The position numbers and the translations under genes are program-made. Positions 18,426 to 28,854 of a stretch of 64,000 bases of DNA are shown here, in pieces (the stretch's first letter is position 1; every line of letters starts with the position of its first letter). The stretch is from Candidatus Aenigmatarchaeota archaeon. Lineage in GTDB: Archaea > Aenigmatarchaeota > Aenigmatarchaeia > QMZP01 > QMZT01. Location of the stretch: assembly GCA_041489155.1 (NCBI GenBank), contig JBGPQP010000001.1:87824-151823 (forward strand), in the 5' to 3' direction. The notes under the pieces are model-generated. The model saw only the letters and a list, made by a program, of their open reading frames with translations. It ran no database searches and was not told where the DNA came from.

Positions 18426-20744
18426 TTATCTGTCGGCAACGTTTATGTACTGCCCGGTTATTCCCGCAGGGAAGTTTTCGTATTTGACCTTGTATATCTT
18501 TATGCCGAGGTTGTCGTAAACCTTTTCAAAATACTTCTCCATGCCGTTGCCATCAAAAAGGAAAAGCCTTATGAAGACGCAGTCTTCGACTGCCTCCGGC
18601 ACGAACACCACAGCATTGCCTGCAAAATATATCATGCCGGGTATCGAGTTGGGCCTGTCCGTTCTTATTATCTGGTTCCCTATTCCTATGTCCCTTACGT
18701 ATGCTTGGCCCTGGGGCATTTTAACAATGGCTGTTATGTTTTTGATCGCCGTATTGTTGCCGTCGCTTGTCATGGAATAGGCGACAAGAATTGTCTGGTC
18801 GCCGCCGCCGTATTCAAGCAGTATCTTATCGCCTTCCTGATAATTTTTCGTCAGACTGAAAGTCGGGAGGACATCGATTTTCTCACCCCAGTTTGCTATC
18901 TTTGACATCGCTCCGAATTTGGGTATAAGGTCAGAAGAAACCATAACATAGCTAATAGTATAATTCTTAAGGAAGTTGAGGCTGCTGTAGGGATCGGCAT
19001 TTTCGGAAAGGGGCTCCGTATAAAACTTGGCTATGTCCTGGGTTGGCGTCCTGTCGTGGTATCCGCCATCGACGAGCGTTATTTTCTTGGCTATGTACTG
19101 GTACCACCATCCGTAATCCCACCATTCGAGCAGAACTGCGTCTTCAGGTGTATTGTCCCTCAGCCATGTTAACGCCTGCTCAAAATCTTCAGTCAGCGGG
19201 CCGTTTATGTTGTTCGCCATCACCCATGCGCCAGCATAGTTTGTGAAAATCACGACTCCGATGAAGATCCCGCCCGCTATTTTAAGGTACTGGAATTTCT
19301 TCCCCTTCAGAGTCTTTTGTCCCCATGCCAGAACGTAACTGCCGCCCCTCGCGAGGAAATATCCCGCGGATATGGCGAACGGGAACGAGAAGTGGAATGC
19401 AAGCCTTGCGGCACCGATCGCGAGTATCATGAACATTGTATACATTACAACTACCATAACGTATTCCAGATCCCTTTTCTTGAAGATGAATTCGTAGCAC
19501 ATGAGCAAAATTCCCAGCAGGGAAAAGTATATTGCCGAGAAGTAGATTATGAAGGAGGGCCACTGGTAGAAACTAACAGCGTAGCCTGTCCCGAAATTCG
19601 ACAGCGCCCCGTTCGCGAAGTCGCCCACACTCTGCGATTCAGCGACTGTCGAGGGTATGACGCCAAGCGTCAGGGGGTTGGCTACCCTTTCCGCTATATC
19701 AGAGACCCAGCCTCCCACGTCAACAAACACGTAAGAAGCAATAGCAGTCGCAAAAACCAGGCCTATTACCAGGGCCGGAATAAGATAAGGCAGATGCTCT
19801 TTCTTCACGATGCCGAATCTTTCCGCAACATATCTCATGGCCATAAGACCAATTACAACAAAATTCAAAACGTTACCCACGTCATTAAGTGGAGGAGCAA
19901 CAGCAAAGACTCTCGATGCAATCAAATATGTGATAAACATGATCACGTGGGCGAATACCAGGTTTTTGGAATACCTGTTAAGGAAAAGGAAAATTATCAA
20001 TGAAGCGCCTATCGCCAGCATAGGTATCCTGATTTGGCCGGATGCGCCGGCCATCATCGCAAAGAAAAATCCTGATACCAGCGCATAGGCAATCGTCTTG
20101 ACAGTATTGGTTTTTTCAGCATCAAACTTCAGCCTGTCAATGACGGAAAAGGGATGCGTCAACAGATAGCTCCATTTGGTATCTTTTTTGATTTCCCTTT
20201 CCTTGAAGGCCTTCACAAAAAAATAAAGGCTCAGTAACATCAGCATGCCCGCAACCGGCTCTTTTTCTATGTAACCTGCCGAGACCCTGTAGAGCACGCC
20301 GGAAGCGCAGCCAAGGAAAGCGGCTGCAAGCAAGCCAACCTTGTTGCTGTTGAACAGCTCCTTTGCGAGGAAGAACATGAATAACACCTGTAACGCGCCT
20401 AAGAAGGCAGGAGACCATACAGCAACCCAGTACATCGAAACCCCGAAAAGCGGATGGAGCATGAAATACATCATCGGATAAATCCACAAGGTGACCACGA
20501 AATCCAGGTTCCTGTTGCCGCCACCTGGGATCGTGCCCCATGCTCCAAGATAGTCATGGGTTGGCAGTTCGCCATGTTCTATTATATACTCGGCCATCCT
20601 CAGGAAATAGTGCGTGTCGATTTCGAGGAGCTGGGGATATTCCATTTTCGTCCCCGGAATGAGGCGGAAATAGAATGATACAAGGAATATGGCAATGAGC
20701 AGGAAAACCCAATAATTTTTCTTAAAGAACTCTTTAATTTCCAT
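18426..20744 (-). CDS. aglB: Oligosaccharyltransferase (STT3 family)
   Basis: EIDTHYFLR, GYIEKE, TVAESQ, WWDYG motif; multi-TM N-terminal half. Confidence 0.93.
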   Translation of the reverse strand: MEIKEFFKKNYWVFLLIAIFLVSFYFRLIPGTKMEYPQLLEIDTHYFLRMAEYIIEHGELPTHDYLGAWGTIPGGGNRNLDFVVTLWIYPMMYFMLHPLFGVSMYWVAVWSPAFLGALQVLFMFFLAKELFNSNKVGLLAAAFLGCASGVLYRVSAGYIEKEPVAGMLMLLSLYFFVKAFKEREIKKDTKWSYLLTHPFSVIDRLKFDAEKTNTVKTIAYALVSGFFFAMMAGASGQIRIPMLAIGASLIIFLFLNRYSKNLVFAHVIMFITYLIASRVFAVAPPLNDVGNVLNFVVIGLMAMRYVAERFGIVKKEHLPYLIPALVIGLVFATAIASYVFVDVGGWVSDIAERVANPLTLGVIPSTVAESQSVGDFANGALSNFGTGYAVSFYQWPSFIIYFSAIYFSLLGILLMCYEFIFKKRDLEYVMVVVMYTMFMILAIGAARLAFHFSFPFAISAGYFLARGGSYVLAWGQKTLKGKKFQYLKIAGGIFIGVVIFTNYAGAWVMANNINGPLTEDFEQALTWLRDNTPEDAVLLEWWDYGWWYQYIAKKITLVDGGYHDRTPTQDIAKFYTEPLSENADPYSSLNFLKNYTISYVMVSSDLIPKFGAMSKIANWGEKIDVLPTFSLTKNYQEGDKILLEYGGGDQTILVAYSMTSDGNNTAIKNITAIVKMPQGQAYVRDIGIGNQIIRTDRPNSIPGMIYFAGNAVVFVPEAVEDCVFIRLFLFDGNGMEKYFEKVYDNLGIKIYKVKYENFPAGITGQYINVADR

Positions 20745-20869
20745 ACATGGTTAAATGCCCGGGGGGTATTTAAAATTATCCTCCACGCGTTTCATCGTCT
20801 ATTGCCGAAGGGCTGTTAAAAGGTTTAAAACCTCTTTCACACGTTTATTTTAATATTCAAGGTTTTTTT

Positions 20870-21913
20870 ATGAAAGTCGGAATCGTCGGATACGGAGCGT
20901 ACGTTCCCCAATGGAGAATCAAATCAATGGACATAGCGAAGATCTGGGGCTCCGATTCCGAAAGGCTAAGGTCGCTTCTGGAAGAAAAAAGCGTTCCGGG
21001 CCAGGACGAAGACGCTGCGACAATGGCAGTTGAAGCTAGCAAACGGGCGCTTGCAGTCGCGCATATAGACCCTCTTCTGATAGGAGCTGTTTACGTGGGA
21101 AGCGAAAGCCACCCGTACATCATTAAACCTACAGCATCAATAGTTGCCGAGGCAATAGGGGCGACGCCGGAAATGACAGCAGCAGACCTAGAATTCGCAT
21201 GCAAGGCAGGAACCGCCGGCATCCAGATATGCATGGGCATGGTGGAATCCGGAAGGATAAAATACGGGCTTGCGATAGGTTCGGACACCGCCCAGGGAAG
21301 ACCTGGCGACGAGCTTGAATATACCGCTGCCGCCGGCGCAGGAGCATACATAATAGGAAAGGAAAACGTTATAGCCGAAATCGAGGAAACATATTCGTTC
21401 ACGACCGACACCCCGGACTTCTGGAGAAGGGAAGGCGAGGATTTCCCAAGGCACGGAGGCAGGTTCACCGGCGAGCCGGCTTATTTCAAGCATGTAATTG
21501 CAGCAACCAATGGCCTGCTCAAAAAGACAGGCAAAACCGTAAATGATTTCGATTATTTCATTTTTCACCAGCCCAATACGAAGTTCCCTCTGGCAGCTGC
21601 GAAAATGCTGGGGATACCGCAAGAAAAGGTAATGCGGGGCCTCCTCGTCGCACAGATAGGCAACACGTATTCCGCCGCAACGCTGATAGGCCTTGCAAGA
21701 GTTCTTGACATTGCAAAACCAGGTGACAGGATACTCGCAACGTCGTTCGGTTCCGGCGCAGGCTCCGATTCATTTTCCATTACCGTGACAAAGCGCATAA
21801 TCAAGGCAAGAAAAGGGGAAAATGCCGTTGATGAGATGATAAAAACCAAAAGATATCTTGGTTATGCTGAATACGTGAAGTTCAGGAGAAAGTTAAAAGG
21901 CGTGAACTCATGA
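20870..21913 (+). CDS. Archaeal HMG-CoA synthase
   Basis: [15 protein letters not shown] (catalytic Cys), [24 protein letters not shown]. Confidence 0.94.
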   Translation: MKVGIVGYGAYVPQWRIKSMDIAKIWGSDSERLRSLLEEKSVPGQDEDAATMAVEASKRALAVAHIDPLLIGAVYVGSESHPYIIKPTASIVAEAIGATPEMTAADLEFACKAGTAGIQICMGMVESGRIKYGLAIGSDTAQGRPGDELEYTAAAGAGAYIIGKENVIAEIEETYSFTTDTPDFWRREGEDFPRHGGRFTGEPAYFKHVIAATNGLLKKTGKTVNDFDYFIFHQPNTKFPLAAAKMLGIPQEKVMRGLLVAQIGNTYSAATLIGLARVLDIAKPGDRILATSFGSGAGSDSFSITVTKRIIKARKGENAVDEMIKTKRYLGYAEYVKFRRKLKGVNS

Positions 21914-23100
21914 TGAAGTTTAACCAACTTAGACCGGCAAGAGAGGTCGCAATTATAGGGATAGGCCTGACAAAATTCGGAGAGCACTGGAGCATGGGGC
22001 TGAAGGAACTCGCTGTTGAAGCCGGCATAAAAGCAGTCGAAGATGCCGGCATTGCCGGTAATGAGCTGCAGCTTGTTGTCGGTGGCAACATGTCTGGCGG
22101 CCTGTTTGCCGGGCAGGAGCACGGCGCAGGCCTGCTTGCAGACTACCTTGGTCTCAATCCAATACCTGCGATAAGGACGGAAGGGGCATGCTCTTCAGGA
22201 GGCCTTGCCGTTCGCGTTGGTTACCTCGCAGTCGCCTCAGGCATGTACGATTTCGTGGCAGTCGGCGGCGTGGAAAAAATGACAGATGTTTACGGGCCCC
22301 AGGCAACGACTGCGCTTTCGGGCGCGATGGACTACGAGACAGAAGCCTATTTCGGCGCTACCTTTCCGGGGATATATGCGCTCATAGCCAAAAGGCACAT
22401 GCATGATTTCGGGACGACAAGGCGGCAGCTTTCACTGGTCGCTGTCAAAAACCATGCCAACGCCCTGCACAACCCGTTCGCCCAATACAGAAATAAAATA
22501 ACAGCGGAAGACGTTGAAAAATCACCCCTAGTTGCCGACCCGCTGAGACTTCTCGACTGCTCGCCCCTTACGGATGGCGCTGCAACAATAATTCTTGTCC
22601 CGGCAGAAATCGCTAAAAAATACACGGATACGCCCATTTACATAAAGGCTTCTGCCCAGGCATCTGATACCCTGAGCCTTTTCGCAAGGCGCAATATAAC
22701 GACCCTGGACGCAACCGTGCATGCAGCAAAGGAAGCATACAGGCAGGCCAGAATTGCATCAAACAAAATTAATCTTGCAGAAGTTCATGACTGCTTCACG
22801 ATCGCAGAAATATGCGCTTACGAAGACCTCGGCTTCACGCAGAAAGGAAAGGGAGGAAAAATGATAGAGGAAGGCGAGACCGAAATAGGAGGCAGGATAC
22901 CTGTCAATGCGTCAGGCGGCCTTAAGGCAAAGGGTCACCCTGTCGGGGCGACTGGCGTTGCACAGATAGCCGAACTCATCATGCAGTTGAGAGGGGAAGC
23001 CGGAAAAAGACAGGTGAAAAATGCTGAGGTAGGCCTCGCCCACAACGTAGGAGGTTCGGGGGCAACTGTCACGGTTCACATCCTTTCGAACAAGAAATAA
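21910..23100 (+). CDS. Archaeal acetoacetyl-CoA thiolase
   Basis: [40 protein letters not shown]. Confidence 0.93.
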   Translation: MMKFNQLRPAREVAIIGIGLTKFGEHWSMGLKELAVEAGIKAVEDAGIAGNELQLVVGGNMSGGLFAGQEHGAGLLADYLGLNPIPAIRTEGACSSGGLAVRVGYLAVASGMYDFVAVGGVEKMTDVYGPQATTALSGAMDYETEAYFGATFPGIYALIAKRHMHDFGTTRRQLSLVAVKNHANALHNPFAQYRNKITAEDVEKSPLVADPLRLLDCSPLTDGAATIILVPAEIAKKYTDTPIYIKASAQASDTLSLFARRNITTLDATVHAAKEAYRQARIASNKINLAEVHDCFTIAEICAYEDLGFTQKGKGGKMIEEGETEIGGRIPVNASGGLKAKGHPVGATGVAQIAELIMQLRGEAGKRQVKNAEVGLAHNVGGSGATVTVHILSNKK

Positions 23101-23113
23101 CACCACCCGGTCG

Positions 23114-23527
23114 ATGAATATGACAAAAGAGTTCGCAGTTCCGTTTCACTGGAGAAGATTCAGGGAAAGATACCAGCTGATAGGCTCAAGATGCGACCAG
23201 TGCAAAAAAGCATTCTACCCGATCCGCGTCATCTGCCCGTACTGCAGGCGGTCGGGCCACATGAAGGATATAAAATTTTCAGGTTTCGGAAAGGTTTACT
23301 CTTATACCATAATCCGTGCGCCTCCCGAGGGGTTCAAGGAATACGTTCCCTACATAATCGCCATAATCGAGCTTGAAGAGGGCACAAGGATTCTTTCGCA
23401 GGTCGTGGACTGCGATTTGAATGATGTCAAAATAGGAATGAAGGTAAAGTCATGCTTCAGAAGGATAAGGAGCGAGAACGATACAGGTCTCGTTCTTTAC
23501 GGTTTCAAATTCAAACCGCATAACTAA
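23114..23527 (+). CDS. DUF35 Zn-ribbon/OB-fold scaffold of the thiolase-HMGS complex
   Basis: CDQC...CPYC, GKVYSYT, YGFKF; adjacent to thiolase and HMGS. Confidence 0.9.
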   Translation: MNMTKEFAVPFHWRRFRERYQLIGSRCDQCKKAFYPIRVICPYCRRSGHMKDIKFSGFGKVYSYTIIRAPPEGFKEYVPYIIAIIELEEGTRILSQVVDCDLNDVKIGMKVKSCFRRIRSENDTGLVLYGFKFKPHN

Positions 23528-23565
23528 TTTTGCAATGATTTAAAAGATTCAACGCATGATATAAT

Positions 23566-24876
23566 ATGGTAAACATACGACCCTTTCGCGGCTACAGGTA
23601 TAATGAGAACAAGGTCGATATAGGCAAAGCCGTTCTGCCACCTTACGAGCTCACGAACGAAGAATTCAAAAACATCTTTCTTAAAATTTCAAAACACAAC
23701 GTGATCAGGATAAACCTCGGCAAGAATCTAGGCAAGAGAAATGGCACATCAAATGGCGACATATATCAGTATTCGGCAGATCTTTTCAGATCATGGATTA
23801 AAAAAGGGTGCCTTAAACAAGATGAAAGGCCCTCGGTTTATGTTTATTCCCAAGAATTCGAATTGTTCGGGAGGAAAATAGAAAGGACAGGCTTCAGTTC
23901 TCTGGTTGAACTCGAAGAACTTGGCAAAAATATTTTCCCACACGAGGAAACGCTTCAAGACACCATGATAAACAGGAAAATGCTGCTGGAAAAAACAAGA
24001 GCAAATTTGGGCCTTATTTTTTCACTTTATTCGGACCCACAGAAAACAATAGAAAAAATGATTGAAACCGCCAAAAGGAAACCACCGGTAGCTGATTTTT
24101 ACACCGAATACGAAGGCGTAAGGCATAAGTTGTGGGCAATAACCGACAAAGAAATGATAGAGAAGATTACAAAGGAAATGCAAAACAAAAAACTGCTAAT
24201 CGCTGATGGGCATCACAGGTACAAAACCTGCCTTAGTTACAGCAGGGACCATCCGCACGACGAGAATGCGAAATACACATCCATGATGCTCGTGAACATG
24301 AGCAACGAAGGCCTTATGATTCTTCCGACCCACAGACTTGTTAAAGGCATCAAAAATTTCAACAAAGACGATTTTATGAAAAAGCTCGGGAAAAATTTTG
24401 AGACCGAGACCATAGAATTTGGAGGCGATGAAAACAAAATAAAAGATCTTCTGGGAGTGCTTAACAAAAAAAACGGAAAGCATTTTGGCATGTACCTGGG
24501 TGGTGAAAAATTTTTCATACTTACAGTCAGGACGGAGGACGAACAAATAATGGACAGAGAAAGGGACAGGTTCTCAAGAAAATGGCGAAGATTGGACATG
24601 AATATCCTTCACACGTTGATACTGAGGGACATACTTGGCATTTATACTGAAAAAATGGAGGACCAATGCCACATGGAGTATGTGAAGGACTTCAGTGACC
24701 ATGCAAAAAGTTGCATAACTAAAGTAAAAAATGGCGAATGCCAGGCTGCATTTTTTGTCAATCCTATCACAATAGACGAAATGAAGGAAATAACACAAAG
24801 GGGCGAGATGATACCGCCGAAATCAACCTGTTTTTACCCAAAGGTCTACAGCGGGGTTGTTATGTACAAGTTCTGA
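23566..24876 (+). CDS. DUF1015 family protein (ParB/sulfiredoxin-like DGHHR motif)
   Basis: IRPFRG...PPY, PHEET, IADGHHRY, ILPTHR, PPKSTCFYPK. Confidence 0.88.
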   Translation: MVNIRPFRGYRYNENKVDIGKAVLPPYELTNEEFKNIFLKISKHNVIRINLGKNLGKRNGTSNGDIYQYSADLFRSWIKKGCLKQDERPSVYVYSQEFELFGRKIERTGFSSLVELEELGKNIFPHEETLQDTMINRKMLLEKTRANLGLIFSLYSDPQKTIEKMIETAKRKPPVADFYTEYEGVRHKLWAITDKEMIEKITKEMQNKKLLIADGHHRYKTCLSYSRDHPHDENAKYTSMMLVNMSNEGLMILPTHRLVKGIKNFNKDDFMKKLGKNFETETIEFGGDENKIKDLLGVLNKKNGKHFGMYLGGEKFFILTVRTEDEQIMDRERDRFSRKWRRLDMNILHTLILRDILGIYTEKMEDQCHMEYVKDFSDHAKSCITKVKNGECQAAFFVNPITIDEMKEITQRGEMIPPKSTCFYPKVYSGVVMYKF

Positions 24877-24968
24877 TGTGTTGAACACGATGAACGACGA
24901 AAAAATCCTTTAACGTTTTTAAGTTTGCAAATCAAACAATTTTCTCGAAGTTTGTGCGGGGTGGTCTG

Positions 24969-26054
24969 ATGAAAAGCTGGGAAAAACACGTAAAGCTGTT
25001 CATACCCGGGCCGGTCGAAGTTTATCCTGACGTTCTGAAAGCCATATCAAAACCGGTCATATGCCACAGAGGCAAGCCTTTCGAGGATTTGTACGCCGAC
25101 ACAATACCGAAGCTAAAAAAAGTGTTCTACACTAATAATGATGTCTTCCTTTCAACATCCTCAGGCACAGGCGTGTGGGAAGCATGCGCGAGGAATTGCA
25201 TAGAGAAGAAGGCCCTGGCCTGTGTTTCAGGAGCGTTTTCAGAAAGCTGGTACAATGTAACATTAGCCAATGGGAAATCTGCCGACAAGATAGAGCTCGA
25301 ATGGGGCAGGGCTTTCAAGCCTGGCATGATAGACGAGAAACTGGCGACGGGAGAATACGATGCCCTGTTGCTTGTTCATAATGAAACAAGCACAGGCGTT
25401 ACAAATCCTATTTATGAAATAGCAAAAGTGATGAAAAAGTATCCGGACGTTCTCTTCCTGGTAGACGCTGTCAGCTCGCTGGCAGGCATAAAATTAGAGG
25501 CGGATAAACTTGGCATAGACGTCTGTCTGGCAAGCGTACAAAAGGCCTTTGCCCTACCTCCGGGTCTCGCGCTCTTCAGCGTGAGCAAAAAAGCAATGGA
25601 GCGCGCGGAAAAAATCAAAAACAGAGGCTATTACTTCGATTTTCTCGTGTTCAAAAAATACGCTGAAAAAAACCAGACGCCTTCAACACCAGCAATGCCG
25701 CAGATTTACGGATTGAACATGCAGCTTGACAAGATGCTGGCCGAAGGCATGGAAAAGCGTTTTGAACGCCATCGACAAATGGCGGAATACACTAGGAAAT
25801 GGGCTCTTGAACGCGGTTTCGAATTGTTCCCTGAAAAAGGTTACGAATCGAACACCCTCACAACCATAAACAACAACAAGGGAATCGTTGTGGCAGATCT
25901 CATAAAAAAACTCAACGAAAGAGGCATGGCCATAGGCAACGGCTACAAAAAACTAAAGGACATAACCTTCAGGATTGCTCACATGGGCGACACGCAACTT
26001 GACGAAATAAAAGAACTGCTTGAAATTATCGATGAGATTCTCGGAGGCGGCTGA
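24969..26054 (+). CDS. Class V aminotransferase (alanine-glyoxylate / archaeal phosphoserine aminotransferase type)
   Basis: IPGP, HNETSTG, DAVSS, SVQKAFALPPG, FRIAHMG. Confidence 0.9.
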   Translation: MKSWEKHVKLFIPGPVEVYPDVLKAISKPVICHRGKPFEDLYADTIPKLKKVFYTNNDVFLSTSSGTGVWEACARNCIEKKALACVSGAFSESWYNVTLANGKSADKIELEWGRAFKPGMIDEKLATGEYDALLLVHNETSTGVTNPIYEIAKVMKKYPDVLFLVDAVSSLAGIKLEADKLGIDVCLASVQKAFALPPGLALFSVSKKAMERAEKIKNRGYYFDFLVFKKYAEKNQTPSTPAMPQIYGLNMQLDKMLAEGMEKRFERHRQMAEYTRKWALERGFELFPEKGYESNTLTTINNNKGIVVADLIKKLNERGMAIGNGYKKLKDITFRIAHMGDTQLDEIKELLEIIDEILGGG

Positions 26055-26936
26055 ATGAAAATTATTTTGTGCGACCAATTTTCAAAAGATTTGCCGGGCA
26101 GGCTGAAGAAATTCGGAACAGTTGTAGAAGACAAAAAAGAAGTTCCAGATGCAGATATCATAATAGTTAGGAGCGCAACAAGAGTCGACCAACAGATGAT
26201 AGATAGTGCAAAGAAACTGAAACTGATAATCCGCGGCGGCGTGGGCCTCGACAACATTGACGTCGAATACTGCAACAAGAAGGGCATCCTCGTGAAAAAC
26301 ACACCGGAAGCATCGACCATTGCAGTTACAGAACTCGTTTTCGCTATTATGCTTGGCATATGCAGGAACATAGTGAAGGCCGACACGTCAATGAAAAATA
26401 ACCAATGGATGAAAGAGCTCAAAGGCAGCGAACTTTACGACAAGACCATGGGCATCGTCGGGCTTGGAAGAATAGGCACTGAAGTCGCTAAAAGAGCGAA
26501 AGCATTTGACATGAATGTGATAGGATGCGAAAAACACGTGAGGCCCTTCGAATACGGCGAAGTTGTTTCAATGGATGAAATTTTCAGGCGATCGGATTTC
26601 ATCTCGCTACATGTTCCGCTAACTGACGAAACGAATGAAATGATAAACAGGAAGACGCTCAAGAAGATGAAAGACGGGGTTGTGATAATCAACACAGCAA
26701 GGGGCAAGCTTGTGAATGAAAAAGATTTGACAGAAGCCCTGAAATCAGGCAGGGTCAAGTATGCTGGCATCGATGTCTATCAGCAGGAGCCGCCAACAGG
26801 CTCGCCATTGCTCGTGATGGACAACGTTTTGCTGACGCCGCATCTCGGCGCGCAGACATTCGAGAACATGGCACGCATATCAGACATAATCTGCCAGATA
26901 GTACAGGAGTTCTCTGCATCGAATTCTAGACAATGA
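26055..26936 (+). CDS. serA: D-3-phosphoglycerate dehydrogenase (short form, no ACT domain)
   Basis: VRSAT, RGGVGLDNID, GLGRIG, INTARG, DVYQQEP, TPHLGAQT. Confidence 0.82.
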   Translation: MKIILCDQFSKDLPGRLKKFGTVVEDKKEVPDADIIIVRSATRVDQQMIDSAKKLKLIIRGGVGLDNIDVEYCNKKGILVKNTPEASTIAVTELVFAIMLGICRNIVKADTSMKNNQWMKELKGSELYDKTMGIVGLGRIGTEVAKRAKAFDMNVIGCEKHVRPFEYGEVVSMDEIFRRSDFISLHVPLTDETNEMINRKTLKKMKDGVVIINTARGKLVNEKDLTEALKSGRVKYAGIDVYQQEPPTGSPLLVMDNVLLTPHLGAQTFENMARISDIICQIVQEFSASNSRQ

Positions 26937-27948
26937 AATCCATGTCCATCCACGAGTAGCTGAAAAGTTTTCCTGTTCTGAAAGCGATATCGAGTTGGAA
27001 ATCATTTGTTTTCTCCAAAAACTTGCGAAATGCGATGCCAAATTTTATCTGCTTATCTATCCTTCGCCTCCAGCCGATTTCGTATTCCTTCAAAGCATCT
27101 TCGCTGAAATCATTGAATCTGAAGGCCCTTTCAACGATTTTTGCAGCGATTTCAGCGCAGGTCAGGCCATAGATCACGCCGCCACCTGACCACGGCTTGT
27201 TCTGGCCCGCAGCGCCACCAACGAGCAAGATTCTTTCAGAAAAGCTTTTTCTCACCGGCTTTACCGGAATAAGACCGGCAAATTTTTCATAGTTTTTTAT
27301 GCCGAAAAATTTCTCTATATCGGTGAATTTCACGTTTTTGCCCCACACTCCGTATTCCGTAGTCCGGCCACGGGGTATTTTCCAGAAGAAGCCATCCCTC
27401 AAAAGCCCCATATCAAAATAGAGATCAACGTTTTTGGCGCAATTTTTTTCCTGTTTTATTGCCATTAGGCCCTTTACAGTTTGCATGCTTCCAGAAAACC
27501 TGCGGCCTATCATCGAGTTTGGTCCATTGCATACAAAAGTCATTTCGCTTTCAAAACTGCCCCTATTTGTCTGGATTCTCGTACCATTTTTCAAAACATC
27601 TAGTCCAGTGACCCTACAACCCAGTATGATGTCTTTTTCAACAGGTTCCGAAAGTTTTTTGTCGAAGAGCGAGCGGTTTATCACATATGCGGCCTTTCTT
27701 TTATTAAGCGCAAGCTCGCTCCTTTTAGAATGGAGTATCGCAGCATCCACTTCATTTTCAATTACTCCCCATTTTTCAATCCGCGGGAGGAATTTGCGGA
27801 TGTTGCTCGAAATCAGACCTGAACATCTCAGAGGCTTGCCTATTTCCTTGTCCTCCTCAAACACTGTTATTTTATAACCCATGTTTTTGCACAGTGCAGC
27901 GGCGTACAAACCGACAGGCCCCCCGCCGATTACAGCTATGTCAAACAT
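26926..27948 (-). CDS. Geranylgeranyl reductase family FAD-dependent oxidoreductase
   Basis: IGGGPVG, GKPLRCSGL, FFWKIP, VGGAAGQNKPWSGGG. Start chosen at 27948. Confidence 0.82.
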   Translation of the reverse strand: MFDIAVIGGGPVGLYAAALCKNMGYKITVFEEDKEIGKPLRCSGLISSNIRKFLPRIEKWGVIENEVDAAILHSKRSELALNKRKAAYVINRSLFDKKLSEPVEKDIILGCRVTGLDVLKNGTRIQTNRGSFESEMTFVCNGPNSMIGRRFSGSMQTVKGLMAIKQEKNCAKNVDLYFDMGLLRDGFFWKIPRGRTTEYGVWGKNVKFTDIEKFFGIKNYEKFAGLIPVKPVRKSFSERILLVGGAAGQNKPWSGGGVIYGLTCAEIAAKIVERAFRFNDFSEDALKEYEIGWRRRIDKQIKFGIAFRKFLEKTNDFQLDIAFRTGKLFSYSWMDMDFIV

Positions 27949-28002
27949 AATAAACTTTACGTAATTGCTTTTATAAAACATGGCTCAAATATTTATGATA
28001 TC

Positions 28003-28854
28003 ATGTTGCTGAAGAACTACAAGTTTTTGCTAATCATACCGATTGTATTGTTTTTAATATCCATTGCTATACTTCTCAACCAGTATAACCAGACAGGAGA
28101 AATTTTCAAGCGATCAATCGAAATGAAAGGCGGAACCGTAATAACGATAAACACGCAGGAAAGGCTTGACATCGCTTCAATCGAAACGCACCTGAGACAA
28201 AAATTCCAGCCCATCAGCGTCCGCGAGGTAAGAAGCTTCAGAGGCTATAGCACGATAATCGAAACCTCGAGCGAGATAAAAGCTGAAGACATTCTGGCAG
28301 AGACGAAAGCCATGGGTGTTGACACGCAGGATAACAATATTGAAACTATGGGCCCGTCCCTTGGAGCGGCTTTCTGGACGCAGGCCCAGCTCGCTCTGGT
28401 ACTGGCGTTCATTTTCATGGGCATTGTGGTATTCATTTTCTTCAGGACCTTTGTCCCATCGATGGCGGTGATAATATCTGCATTTGCTGACATCTTCATG
28501 ACCCTTGCCTTCATGCAGCTTTTTGGCATCGAACTCTCGCTTGCCGGCTTGGCGGCGATTATGATGCTGATAGGCTATTCTGTGGACACTGACATACTGC
28601 TGACCTCGCGCATGCTTAGGGAATCCGAAGACAAGACCATCGATGAAAAAATAAAGCATGCCATGAAGACAGGCCTTACGATGACGCTCACTTCGATAGG
28701 CGCCCTTACACCGCTTTTCCTGTTGGGCCTTTCGCCTGTTATCACGCAAATTGCCAACGTGCTTATGATAGGTCTGGCTTTCGATATAATGAACACTTGG
28801 ATAACCAATGTCGCAATACTCAGATGGTATTGTGAAAAGAAGGGGATGAAATAA
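28003..28854 (+). CDS. secF: Protein translocase subunit SecF
   Basis: IEMKGGT, GPSLG, MLIGYSVDTDILLT, KTGLTMT. Confidence 0.92.
   Translation: MLLKNYKFLLIIPIVLFLISIAILLNQYNQTGEIFKRSIEMKGGTVITINTQERLDIASIETHLRQKFQPISVREVRSFRGYSTIIETSSEIKAEDILAETKAMGVDTQDNNIETMGPSLGAAFWTQAQLALVLAFIFMGIVVFIFFRTFVPSMAVIISAFADIFMTLAFMQLFGIELSLAGLAAIMMLIGYSVDTDILLTSRMLRESEDKTIDEKIKHAMKTGLTMTLTSIGALTPLFLLGLSPVITQIANVLMIGLAFDIMNTWITNVAILRWYCEKKGMK

Noticed and set aside
20751..20773. Imperfect hairpin with a G-run upstream of aglB
   Set aside because: Short, overlaps the TATA region, and the G-run is too short to argue for phase variation.
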